Shown: positions 9,541-21,281 of the stretch, one piece after another | Layout of the letters: each line of letters opens with the position of its first letter | Position numbering within the stretch: the first letter of the stretch is position 1 | NCBI RefSeq assembly: GCF_006345805.1 | Contig: NW_021833509.1 | Location: forward strand, 1-28,808 | Direction of reading: 5' to 3' | Length of the DNA stretch: 28,808 bases | Source: Octopus sinensis | Taxonomy: Eukaryota | Made by a program: the position numbers and the translations under genes | The notes under the pieces: model-generated | Database searches by the model: none | Told to the model about the DNA's origin: nothing | Seen by the model: the letters and a program-made list of their open reading frames with translations, nothing else

Positions 9541-10880
9541 ACTAGTATGTCTTGGGATGCAGACCCTTTTGTTAAAGGGTAATGCTGTCGGGTAAATACG
9601 GCTCATGTTGTAAGATTTGTCACATATGTTGAAGGACTACGTGTCAAGGGAGTGAGTTTTCATGTTACTGACCGTTGTAGGGTTATCTTCCTCACTACCG
9701 TTACTACTACCACTACCGTCGTTACTGCTACCATCATCAACCCCACTAATACTACTACCACCCCTACTACTACTACAACTACCAACACGACCACCACTAC
9801 TACTACTATTACTACTACTACCACCACTGTTACCACCACCACGATCACTACTGCTACTACCACTACCACTATTACTATCTCTCCGATTATTTCTAGTGAT
9901 ATTCTTGTTGTTCTTATACCTGGAGTTGATGTATGTGTTATTGGTATTCTGTCTGTTGGTCCCTGCCACTCCTTCTGTTGTGGTTGTTGTTTCTGTTACT
10001 AGCAGCAGTGTTTTCTGTTTCAAGTCTACTGTTGCATTCTGTTGCATTCAACTTTAGTGTCCCTCATGACCCTACTTTTATTCGTGTCCTTGTGTCTGCG
10101 GTTATCTTTGTGTATGTATCCGTTTCCCCTCTTACTGTTGTTGTTGTTGTATTCAATTTTTTGCATTTGTATCTGTTGCTTGTGTTTGTGTGTTCGTTTT
10201 TGCCGTTGTTGCTATTGTTATTGTTGCTGCTGTTGGTGCGGTTGAAGTTGTTCATGTTGTTGTCGTTGTGTTGTTTTTGTTGCTTCGGTTGTTGTTGTTG
10301 TGATTGTTTTTGTTGCTGCGGTTATTGTTGTTGTACATGTTTAAATTCCAACGTATTTTTGTGAGAGACTTTTCAATTTCAGAGAGGGATCGGATACTAT
10401 TTACCTTATTGTAGGCAGCGTATTTTGGCGGTAGTCGAAGTATTGACTTTTCATCTGGGTCAGTTACTATTCCCCCACAGATGTTCGCTTCGTTGTCCAT
10501 GTTGAATCCCGCTGGTAGTGAAGCATCTGCCATAACGATTCCGTTTATTGTATCAGGGTACTTCTGTTTCTCTTCTTTTGCGAGTTTGCGTTGTTGTTTA
10601 CGTTTCAACGGCGAGAATTTCCTTCTAAAATGTCTATTGCACTGGCGTATATTATGTGCGTTCTCTACATGTATTATATCCATAAGTGTGGTTATTTCTG
10701 TTCGTGTGGTGACCCTTCTAATTCCTCTTAATAACATGAGTCTGCGGTTTTTTTGTTCGCTTAGTTCTCTATAGATTTTGTTTTTTATGTTCACCGTTAG
10801 CATTTGTTTCAGCCTTTCAGCTTGACCTTTGGTGAGTTCTAGTCTTTCCACGCTGGACGTGATTCCTCCGTGGTTTTGTT
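9541..10880 (-). mobile_element. Penelope-like element (PLE) ORF N-terminal remnant, truncated before the RT
   Basis: ORF 10252..10911 contains GGIVTDPDEKSILRLPPKYAAYNKVNSIRSLSEIEKSLTKIRW, resembling the PLE pre-RT block (DE.S.L.L..K[FY]A...IE....KIRW). At 9600-9553 the same frame reads RIYPTALPFNKRVCIP, resembling the next PLE block. Motif recall only. Confidence 0.62.
9690..10340. repeat. Compound trinucleotide low-complexity tract (ACT/ACC then GTT/GCT)
   Basis: Seen directly; source of the poly-T/V/L/S/N ORFs in the track. Confidence 0.92.
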
Positions 10881-10942
10881 TGGCATAAAATAATGAAATA
10901 AATATATACAAATTATAAAAATAATAAAAAATATATAAAGTA

Positions 10943-11005
10943 CAGTACTGTTTCTACTTCGCGGATTTTTGGAACGTAACACCCGCGATAGTCGAGGGTT
11001 TACTG
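10943..11005. mobile_element. Internally deleted pogo/Tigger-like MITE remnant with TA target-site duplication
   Basis: ta|cagta...cgagggtttactg|ta. The right end reads CAGTAAACCCTCG on the minus strand, a pogo/Tigger-like TIR. The left end retains only CAGTA. Confidence 0.55.
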
Positions 11006-14000
11006 TACCTATGTTTAGCTATGATCACAACAATAGGTTTTCTTTCTGTCTGTATGTAATCCCTTGTAAACGCATGAACAAAAGTGCTTTACATGTCGAA
11101 GTATAACCGAACACATTTTATAATGCATAACATTAAGAATTCTTAATTCAGAGCGAAATGTCACGTATTTATATACAATAAATATTATCTATAATATTAT
11201 GAAGTAGTTGATTAGATTCGATTTTTTACTTTCCACATTCCGTGTTTGAATAATACCGAGGCAAAATGTACCACCCCACCCCCATCATCCTAATTCTGGA
11301 TTAATGACTCGCCATTGAGTCAGTGTCATCGATGTAACCTCTTTATTTCAAAAATTAGTGTTGCCCTTTTATTGAGGCCTCTCACCGATAAAATATTACA
11401 CAAGTATCATTAGTGCATAATAGTTCCATAAACGATAGTAGTAATGTTATGACTCATACAATAATGGGCTCCAAAATCATGTCTGACATATCTGTAATGC
11501 GACCTTTCTTGTGGTTTGTGTTTGCAGTAAAGGTCTGAAGTCACGTTTACTGGTATAGGAAAATACGTACACTACAGCCTTCGATGAGCTTCTCTTGGAT
11601 AGAAAAATTATTCAAATAATTAATAAATGTAATCAATACGAAGATTTCATATAGAATTGTATATCTGCGTTTGCGTAATTTTCTGACACGGGTGGAAGGA
11701 AAAATATCCAATAATTTCCGACGGCCATTCAATCATATATTGTCTGAACTTATGTATTACTGTTATAACGCTTCATATTCCTATCTTTTTCGCAATATCA
11801 TATGTGGTTTGATGTTTTAAACAAGTTATATCAAAGTTATGTATTATGTGCAAAATATTATATCTACGATGTGGACGTTCTTTGAATGTTTTTTTTTTAT
11901 CATCAAGAAAGTCTGAGTTCCACCACAGACATATATATCCGTGTGTCTCTGTGTGCATGCGAGCATTTCTGTGTGCGGGTATGCGTATATTTCTCTCCGT
12001 GTGCGAATCACAATTACACCATAACGAATTAATGTCTGAGAATAATAGAAAACTAAAAGTTTGTAAAATATATTTAGAATATTTGGCTTGTAAAGCAGTC
12101 GCTTCAAGCAATGTAGAGTATAACATCAAAACTAAGATTGTATATCAGAGTAACAGAGATACTACAGAGGACAAAGAAGAGCCACCCGTTTTTAGACCGA
12201 CACAATACTGTCAGTTCCAATGAATATGGTGAAACTCACATGATGTAAGTGAAAGAGAATGGAAACGAAACAGACATAAAAATGTGTACAACTAGTTGAG
12301 CACAAAATGAACAGTTTAATATCAGCGAAAAAGTTCTTATTTATTCATATATTTAGATACCATGATCGATGCTGTCTCAATTTGAATCAATTTCTAAGAA
12401 GCAACTTTCTGACTTGGACGAAATTCAGTAACATTTTGTCTCTAAATTCTGGCTTTTATTATTCTGCGGTGAGTACGCAATTTTACTTTATCGTTTATCA
12501 GTATTTATGACATGGAGAAGAATATTTTATATTCTTATCAAAATCTCTTTCCTCATTCCGCTTATCGTGATATAGTCAATGGTAATCATATACCTTTTGT
12601 CATTTATTACTTTGTTTTCATATCAGTGAAATTATTTCTTAGTTTGTATATCAACTTTTATCATTTTCCAACCGAGTTAAGTCAAGCTTAACTTTTATAA
12701 TTTCCTGTTATCACAAGTTGGCCTCCTTACACATGGGGTCAATTTATGTTTGTTTTACTATCAGCATTCGTGGCTAATGTATTTTACGTATCTTTGCTCA
12801 CATGTATGCATTAATTTTAACTGTTTGGGGGTATTGAATGCTCTAAGTATTACGTTAAGGTACATCAAAGAAAAGATGGTTTGCAATGTGCGTGCGCATC
12901 TACATAACTATATTCTTTAAGTAGTACCCCTCTGATGAGCGTCTACACATTAGCTACCTCCCTAGTATCCAACTCCACACTTCAACTCTATTCCCTTATA
13001 ATCCGCCAGGCTCACAATTACGCACACGTGTGCTAAAGAGTCCTCTGAGGACTTTAAAACAATAGGGATCCGGCTCCTTTTGAAGTTATTTGAAACACCC
13101 TCAAAGTATGCGCCACGGAACTGGCCTTACCAACATTTTCTTCATCACATTACTGTGATATATTCGAAATGTTGGAAACATACAAAATTGTTCCCAATTT
13201 CCCCAAAATGTAACATCATTCTTCCAATTATCCTCTTAGCGTATTTAATTCTAACACCTAAAAGGTGATTCATTCTCCGTTAATGTCAATGTTCTCCTTC
13301 ATCTTGTAACACTCCCTTTCTCAACAAATTGAAATTTCTTAAAGGTAAATCTACTGGAGACTCTTTCTAATGTTACTCCTCTTTGGGCTCTTGCTCTCGC
13401 GGATTTAGGTGAAAAGTGCGTAGGTGTCTTCAAAAACAAAGCATTCGACTGTATTTACTATACAAATGTGAAGCGAATCGGTTTCCAGACATACCACGCC
13501 ATCTGGGGGGGGGGCTGGATAAATATATATGAAAATTAGAGGGAAAGAGTAGGGAGGGATATACAACATATCAACTTTTTTTGCGTCAAATTTCGTTTTC
13601 TTTTGCCTTTTACTTTTCTCCTCCTATATCGAAACAGTCAGTCATTCGTTGACGGTAATTCCAATAGCAACTACTCTTCGATGACGCTGCCCTTTCTTTT
13701 TTACTAATATTCCGCATCAATATTTCTCCTAATACAACCCAGATACCTCGTGCCTCACTTGAATATAGGCATAGAAAACATTCCCGAATGTGCTTACGCC
13801 AAATTCGTTTCCTTCAACACAATCACTGAACATACGAACACAATATTTTAGCACACATACCTATATCAAACTTGAACACAGCGCAACTAAAAATATGGCA
13901 GTCGTTACATGATTCAACATGACTAAGGATGTATTCTGAGTCACTCATTCACACCTCACTTCTCTATTTAAGACCAAATTATACCTACATACTTTCTCGG

Positions 14001-16259
14001 AGTTGACTAGTATCTGGCTAATTCCAGCCTGCTTAAAATATTATGCACAAAATTCCTTGATCCAAATATGGGTTCTCGGGATTTCCCTCCCAATAGGTAT
14101 TGTCCTTGCAGCTGTCCACTTGCAATTGTTCAAGAAAAATATTAACCACGTCAATATCATCACTCTCTCGTGAGAAAGTAGCGCAGATACCTCTCCGCAT
14201 ATAAATATATCCATGTGTCTGCCATGGCTTTCCCATGTTGAATATTTGTACAATTAAAGTGATATTCGATAATTTCGAACACAGTCAATTCGGGGAAATT
14301 GATTTTTAGATTTGATAAAATCTTTAATAACCGAAGTAATAAAAAATATGATTTCGGTCATCTAAAGGATCGTTCTTACTTTGAGGTTATACCTGTTTTA
14401 ACTTCGCTTACATCCTTAATATTTTCTGTCCGATATCAGTTTCACCGAATGGATTTCTTTCAATCTGTGTGTGTTTGTGAGTTTGTGTCTGTGCGCGCGT
14501 GCGTATGTGAATGATTCTTTGCTCTGCTGAACTTTTCATCTTTTTTTTTTTGGTTGTTTGACAGATGAGCACTGAAACTTACTATTAATTCACCTCTTAG
14601 TGTAGCGTGATATCAAATGCAAAATGTTTCCAGTTCTGAAAATCTTTAACAAGCCACTGCGTAGCTTTGGCATCATTATATTTAGTGTCTGCGAGTAATT
14701 ATACATCAGGAAAATTTGTCAATACATTGCAAAAACAGTTTCATTTTACACGATACATCTTTCAATCTGTAAATGAATTGACGCAATGTATAAGATGGTG
14801 ATCTATCCAGGAACACAACTTCACGTTAACATTACGTGAATAGAAGTATTTAGTGAAACTTCGATAAATTGAATATGTTAATATGTCTCTATTTTTATGC
14901 TTGGCACCTTATATAGGATTATCCTTATAATACTAAACCCTTCTCTTCATTTCCCCTTGGAAGTTTGTTTGAGAATACACGCAAATAATTATATTTGTGT
15001 ATGTGTGCTTGTATGTACATGTGTGCACTACATATGAATAGGTTTATACGTGTGTCTATTTTAGTTTATTTATCGACTATGTAGAGTTAGGAAAATTCTT
15101 AGTAACTCTGCTATTAGATAAGATAACGCTGCTGAGCAAAAGAGAGTTTCAAAACCTACAATGAAAATAAATCTTTTACAAACAAAATGCATAAACTCAA
15201 TATAACAATGTAAGTAGCTCTAAATATATAATTTTGGAATTGCTCCTTTACATCTGTAAAATATTCATCAATATAGACTTTCTTTCACGAGTGTTATTTA
15301 AACCTGTGTGTTATTTTATATTTATGCATTTCATATCGTCTTTATTTCAACGGGGTATCGGTCATCCCTTTCAATTCTGCTTTCTTTCTAATGGCATATA
15401 ATGGGTAATTTTATCTAGTCTATTGATCTATTTTAAATAAATTTATTGGAAATATGCATCTATACGACGCTTGTCGAAAAACCATGTATGCATAACGAAG
15501 GAGAACACTATTTTTGAATGCTAAGAATATATGCAGCGATCAACCAAATCTAATCAAACATCGAATACAGCGTCGTAAAGTTACAAATAGCCTTTGGGGA
15601 TTTTAGCACCATCAATTTTTATCTATTGTAAGGTTATATAATATCATCGATTCAAACCTCCTTAATATTCTACAGGCATAAATGCTTTATTAATCTCTTA
15701 GAATAAGTCAACACCGGTGTTACCTGAACTGGGAAATGACAGGTTCCATAGTAAAGAGTATGAAGCATTTAATTTGTATGAATTGTGTTAGTTTGCAATT
15801 CTTATTTCACTCTGTTGACATGGATTTCAGGCTTAATTTAGAGACTTGGAATTTTCCATACGAATATAAATTATGCATAAGCAGAATGCAATGTATCAGC
15901 GGGATATACAAAATGAAAATGTATTCGAAAGTTGTAGCAGTTGTACACAACAATTTTCTGCGTTAAAAGCAGTAGGACAAATTCCTCGCTGGGTATTTCG
16001 AAAATATACACTGCGTTTCAAACATTGGGTGAGTTAAAAATAATTATTATTCACACTTTACGCATTGAACCACTCATATCTTAAATCGAAGGATGACTTA
16101 ACTAAAAGGAAATATTTCTCAAAAAAAAAAACCAGCTGAAAGCAATCACTAAACACAGTTATTCATAATTAGCTGTAATGTTGAATCAAGCTTTAGCTAA
16201 AGAATCTTTAAATCTTTCGCTATCCCTCCCTACTATTCTCCTCTAATTTTCATATATAT

Positions 16260-16271
16260 ACGAGAATCCTA

Positions 16272-16311
<40 letters not shown>

Positions 16312-16323
16312 TAGGATTCTCGT
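16260..16323. repeat. Perfect 64 bp palindrome: 13 bp unique arms around (TA)19
   Basis: acgagaatcctag-(TA)19-ctaggattctcgt; the arms are exact reverse complements. Confidence 0.97.
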
Positions 16324-16449
16324 TACGATATCATATTCGAAATGAAATATTTTGAGAACGGAGCGAAAAGAAAGATGTGATAGACTTCAAACATAAAGGG
16401 CAACCAATTGCTTTAATGTATTTGCATCACCAACAGAGCTCAAATATTT

Positions 16450-18090
16450 ACATTGATTTTGCTACTAAATCTTTGGTAGAATGAGTTTAGAAAATTGTCT
16501 ACATAATATCGAACCTAACAGAATTTAGAGGTTAGAAGAAGTTGGGGTGGAATAATGGAATGTAGTGACCTAATTGCCTACACTTTGAAGACAATAGGGG
16601 GAATGTAGTTTTCAATAATCCAAAATGACATCTTTTGGGAGTTGTAGCTGTATTCTAGACAAAGGTGATTAATTAATATCATGACTAGCTACTAGACTAA
16701 GTACTGGAACCTTATATCTGATTTTGTCTTTTCTAAAGAGTAAGGCTTGGGGTGGTAGAAAAGGGGAATGCCTAATTTGGGAAGGGGTGATAGTTGGAAG
16801 AAGGACAGTAAGAGCTAATAATATTTATTTTGGTTGTCATGGTAATGAAAAACTAAAGGAATATGTATTAGAAATTAGGGATGGAAGATAATTTCAGAGA
16901 ATAATTGAAGCGGCACATTGTAACTTAGCACATTTATAATGCTAAAGTAAAATATAATTAAATATATAGATGGAGCCTAGAAGTTACACTTAAAATTTTA
17001 ATAAGGAGATACATTAAGATATAAGACTTTTCATAAATGTAGAGTCAAGAGTATTCTGGTAAAACATTATATGGTGGAGTTTTAACGCAAGTATTTATTA
17101 TATAAATATAGTATGCAATTAAATTGATATTAAAACCATTTCGTTAAATGCGGGTGGGTAAAGCCATGATACAATAAAAATGAGATCTAATATACAGGTT
17201 GAGTAAATTAGAGATATTAAATATATTAAGAAATGCATTCAAATACAATATTTAAATAAATTTAGTCTTGTAATCACAGAATGAATATCGTGTATAATTA
17301 AAAAAAATAATAATATAAGATTACAGTATTCTGTGAATTTTACCAGAAAAAGTATAAATTCTCACAATAAAAAGGCTTTCAAAGTATATAAAAGGATATA
17401 TATAAAGGCATAAAATTATTTAAAAATAAAATATAAGAATTTATTTGATATAATGCGTAATTAAAAATATCTAGAAATATAAACTATAAAAACCATAAAA
17501 GGATACACAAAGGCATAAAATACAAAATATAAAATATTTTTAAAATTATAAAATATAAGAAAAAATTATTAAAAAATATGAACGTATAAAAAGATGATAT
17601 AAAAAGGTATAAAAAGTTATAAGGAAGGACATAAAATGAAATAAAATAAAAATTTTTTTTTAATAATGGTATTGGTATATAAAAAAAAAGTTATTGCCAG
17701 AATATTATAATTAATATGAAATAAATAAAATATAGATATACCAAGTTCTAAAAGAGACAAAATTACATTTGGAAATGGGTTTATAAGATATATTTACAGT
17801 ATATCTGAAGAAAACGATCGAGGTAGAATAATAACAGACCTTAGAGAATTTATTTCATATTCAGGGCAGGTGCAAATTTTAAAAAAATAGATATATCATA
17901 TATCAACCATGATATAAGAGATTCACCACTGGAAGGGTACATATTGTAATTATCAAAAATTTATAGATCAGAGGGACGAAGGATCACTAGAATGCATTAT
18001 GGAATAGGTTTCGACATCACAGAGTAGGTTATGAATATGGCATCCCGAATAATTTATGTCACCAAAAATACAGCATGATATAATTATTCA
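16450..18090 (-). mobile_element. Possible heavily decayed I-group (I/Nimb/Jockey-like) LINE: ORF1 knuckle remnant, linker, APE endonuclease remnant
   Basis: Colinear but badly degraded APE-like motifs on the minus strand: MAL...I*RNGF (ATG at 17167), VLPEY (cf. CLQET), ASIIL*NYLP, KINIISSYCPSS (16796-16831), *GSST (cf. WGS, 16700-16714), RSLHSII (cf. SDH.PI, 16551-16571). Weak Cys/His remnants at 17850-18080. Confidence 0.38.
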
Positions 18091-19479
18091 TTAGCTGTTT
18101 CTAAAGTATTTAAAGGTAAGGTAATCCTATGAACACATGACACCCCAAGATCTAATTTACTATAAATTAGATTATGTTTATTTCTATATTTCAATATTTC
18201 ATGTTTCCATGTAACATAGTCCACACATATACTGGCCGTTTGCGTGTGGTTGGGCTTTACACACTATATCCCATTTTAGATCGAATTTAATAAAGTGTAA
18301 ACGAACAGGTAGGAAAATATAGATTTATTTCAGTAAGAAAACACTTTTCACTACCAACACATCACTACCACTGCCATTACCATTAACATAGCTTTCAGGA
18401 ACAAAGCTCATTTCATTTCACTTCAGTCCAGCTGTTTGTTTATATCTAATTTTTCTTGCTATTGATGTGTCTCTACTCTGACAATATAAACGCTATCTGA
18501 CTCACTCTCTCTCTCTCACACACACACATACACAATGTAACTACCTCCCCTATCCACCTCTTTCTATCTGCCATTTTTAACCCCATCACGAGAACATCAC
18601 CCTCTACTAAATATGTGATCCTAAACATATATTTCTCTTTACCTTTCCCTCCCCTCTCTACAAGTCGTTAGCACTTCTTCCTCCTCTTTTCTCTCACTGT
18701 CGTTTTTGTCTCGTTCTTCCCTCTCCCTTCAACTAACCACGTGATGTACTTGGGATCATACTTTTTTCTATCTCTTCCTCACTTCCTTCTCTACTCATAC
18801 TCCTTCCCGCTCTTTCTCTCAATTTTACTCTACCTCTCAGTCACTCCACCTCTACCTCTCTAACTAATTAAAGCATAACGAGTGAACGAACAAACAGTTT
18901 ATTATATAGATCATAAAATTATAGTAGCACATAAATGCATAAACTTTATAACCATACGTTATCAATCTTCAAAGAAAATGATGACAATCACGTGCTCATT
19001 TTATAATATAACCATAGAATTGTAACAGTAAAGTTACTAAATTATATATTAATATATAACTGTGGAACCACATAATATTTTTGTACATTACTGGAAGCGC
19101 CATGTAATTGCCCTGTTGTTTTTGCAGAGTGAATATTGGCAATGTGTAGTAAATGATAAACAAAATATCTTACACGCTGCAAACAAATTTTAAATTCGTT
19201 TTGCTTGATGACTATTTAATTTCATATACAAATCATAAATAAATATATGAAAAGGCGAGGACATAGAAAGAAGCAAAGACTGTAAACAAATTCTAAAGCC
19301 TTCTCAAGATGTATAAAAGAATCTAAATCTGTACGGTACTGGAACTCACCACTATTTGAAGACCGCCTAAGGATAAGTGAATTACTGAATGTGCAATACA
19401 AAAGTGTTTCCTCAAATCTGTTCAGAGACTTGTAAACTGATTCGCCTGATGTGTTTTTCGGTAAAAGAGGTCTAAGGTG

Positions 19480-19685
19480 GTTAGCACGCCGGGCGAAATA
19501 CTTAGCGGTACTTCGTCTGCTGCTACGTTCTAAGTTCGAATTCCGCCGAGGTCGACTTTATCTTTCATCCTTTCGAAATAAGTGCCAGTTACGCACTGCA
19601 GTCGATATAATCGACTTAATCCGTTTGTCTTTCCTTGTTTGTCCTCTCTGTGTTTAGTTCTTTGTAGGTAGTCAAGAAATAGGTA
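19480..19685 (+). mobile_element. tRNA-derived SINE monomer, same type as the left unit at 6637
   Basis: gttagcacgccgggcgaaat..gttcgaattccgccgaggtcgacttt..tttcatcctttcg..ccttgtttgtc..aagaaataggta. Confidence 0.85.
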
Positions 19686-19759
19686 AAACAGGTCTACAAA
19701 AATAGATGACAGTTAATGATTACATCGAAATAGAGGAAATGGAGATAATATGAGCCATC

Positions 19760-21218
19760 GATGAAAGGAAGAGGACTTCAACCACAGTCCCTGACAGATT
19801 TCCAGAAAGCCTCGCAAAGAAATGTAAAGGGGCCTGTAGCAAGACCGCTACAGTTCCTCTTCCAATGCTTCCTTTCAAATGGGTGACTTCTCAGAAAGTT
19901 AAAGATCAGATAGCGTGTCCTATCTATAAAGGAGGTAGCAGAGCGGTTGGCAGCAGTTATAAACCTGCATCTCTAACCTCAAATGTCAACATAGTCATAG
20001 AAGGCATTGTCGGGAGGAAGTTGAATAGCTCCCTGACATCAGGCATGGCTTCCACTCAGGAAGAAGCTGCTTCACACTGCTTCTTCAACATTATAGCTGG
20101 GTGTTGAAACAACTAATGAATCGCTCAACGGTAGATGTGATTTTACAAACGCCTTTGATAAAGTTGAGTTGGAAAATTGGAAAACTGGTTTCATGTCTTC
20201 TCTAAAGACAGAAGCCATGTTGTAGAAGCCAATAGGGCTCCTTCCAAAGAAACAGCAACAGAGAGTGGAGTGCTCCAGGGGGCTATATTGGGACTGCTCC
20301 GGTTTATGGAAATTATTTCCAAAATGACATCAGATAGATATCTACACTTACTAATCTATGCTTACGACACAAAAATAGTACGAGCAGTCAAGGGACATTT
20401 CGATTCTAGTTTTCTGCAGAAAGACTTTGATGCCGTATGTAAATGGGCTGAAGAAAAGGTACAAACGCTGCGGCTTTCTAAGTGTCAAGTTCAGAGCGTG
20501 ATCGGGGGATTGGCATAAGCAACAACGCCACGTTTCACGTGCATATCACCAAGAGAGTGGCAATGTAGAGGTGAATGGCCAGATGGATTATCAGAAAAAT
20601 CAGGACTATGCTGGGTCTATTAGATAACATTTTTCCTCAGCCGTCTGGACTACCGTTACCAACTGTATCACCCTACAGTGTCAAATTAAAAGCGGAACCT
20701 GAGAGAGTTCACCGGTTTTACACCATAGAGATTCCATCACTGGAACAGAGGAGCTGCTGGCAGAGACTGAAAGAAGTACGAATCTGCTGCCTATAGCGAG
20801 GATGGGAGAGAAAGCAGTGAAATACCTATGTAGGATGCTAAAGGGGTTGCCATCGGTTCTATAGCCGCCCAAGAATGAACATCACTGCACAGTTCCAAAG
20901 ATTACAGCCACGTCGTCTAGAGTGAGATCTATGTATTGCAATAGGTTTGCATTTAAGTGCTTACGGCTATTTAATATCGTCCCATGAGACATCTACATAC
21001 AGTTACAATAGATATTTTCAAGAAATTTGAACTCCTTCTGCCCAAGGTAGCAGATGAACCTATATCACGGCAAAAACCTCAAAACGGGGAGCAGTGTCCA
21101 ACTCCCACTTTCATTAAAAGCTAGTCGCATAAGAATGACCATTGTAAAGGTGATTAACTAGCGGTGCTCCAGGATGCCCACAACCTTTGGGCTGAATGGT
21201 ATAAAAGAGTAAAAGAAT
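19760..21218 (+). mobile_element. CR1-group LINE, decayed RT domain through 3' tail
   Basis: Fragments across frameshifts: ARPLQFLFQ, CPIYKGGSR..YKPASLTS, HGFHSGRSCFTLLLQHY, SGVLQGAILGLLRF, IYAYDTKI (YADDTK), LQKDFDAVCKWAEE. Tail gcggtgctccaggatgcccaca...(aaaagagt) repeats. Confidence 0.85.
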
Positions 21219-21223
21219 TCATA

Positions 21224-21281
21224 TACGAGAGGGTACTCAAAATAGTCCTGGTTTTAAGAGTATCACGAAAGACCTGGTTGG
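21224..21281 (+). mobile_element. Mariner-type transposon terminal fragment
   Basis: ta|cgagagggtactcaaaatagtcctggtttt resembles a mariner TIR (TA+CGAGGGGG..C.GAAAAGT.C..GG) as I recall it. No partner TIR found in the window. Confidence 0.5.

Noticed and set aside
9637-10364. Overlapping ORFs of poly-T, poly-V, poly-L, poly-S/G
   Set aside because: Produced by trinucleotide repeats on both strands; not independent genes.
12149-12244. Possible 96 nt plus-strand exon ending at GAT|GTAAGT
   Set aside because: The acceptor has no pyrimidine tract, and the open frame (VTEILQRTKKSHPFLDRH...) resembles nothing I recognise.
12932-12990. CTGATGAG, a hammerhead ribozyme core-like word, sought because PLEs often carry hammerheads
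   Set aside because: No stem II closure or downstream GAAA. I found no complete hammerhead near the PLE remnant by eye; an Infernal search would be decisive.
13022-13053. Two adjacent short palindromes (gcacacgtgtgc; agtcctc-t-gaggact)
   Set aside because: Arms of 6-7 bp are expected by chance in 29 kb.
14531-14590. Strong-looking acceptor (T-run, GACAG|ATGAGC)
   Set aside because: All three frames stop within 8 codons and no donor follows; a T-run alone is common here.
16400-18150. Possible mitochondrial insertion (NUMT) or viral fragment, given the strand bias
   Set aside because: No recognisable mitochondrial gene, tRNA, rRNA or viral motif; a decayed LINE fits better.
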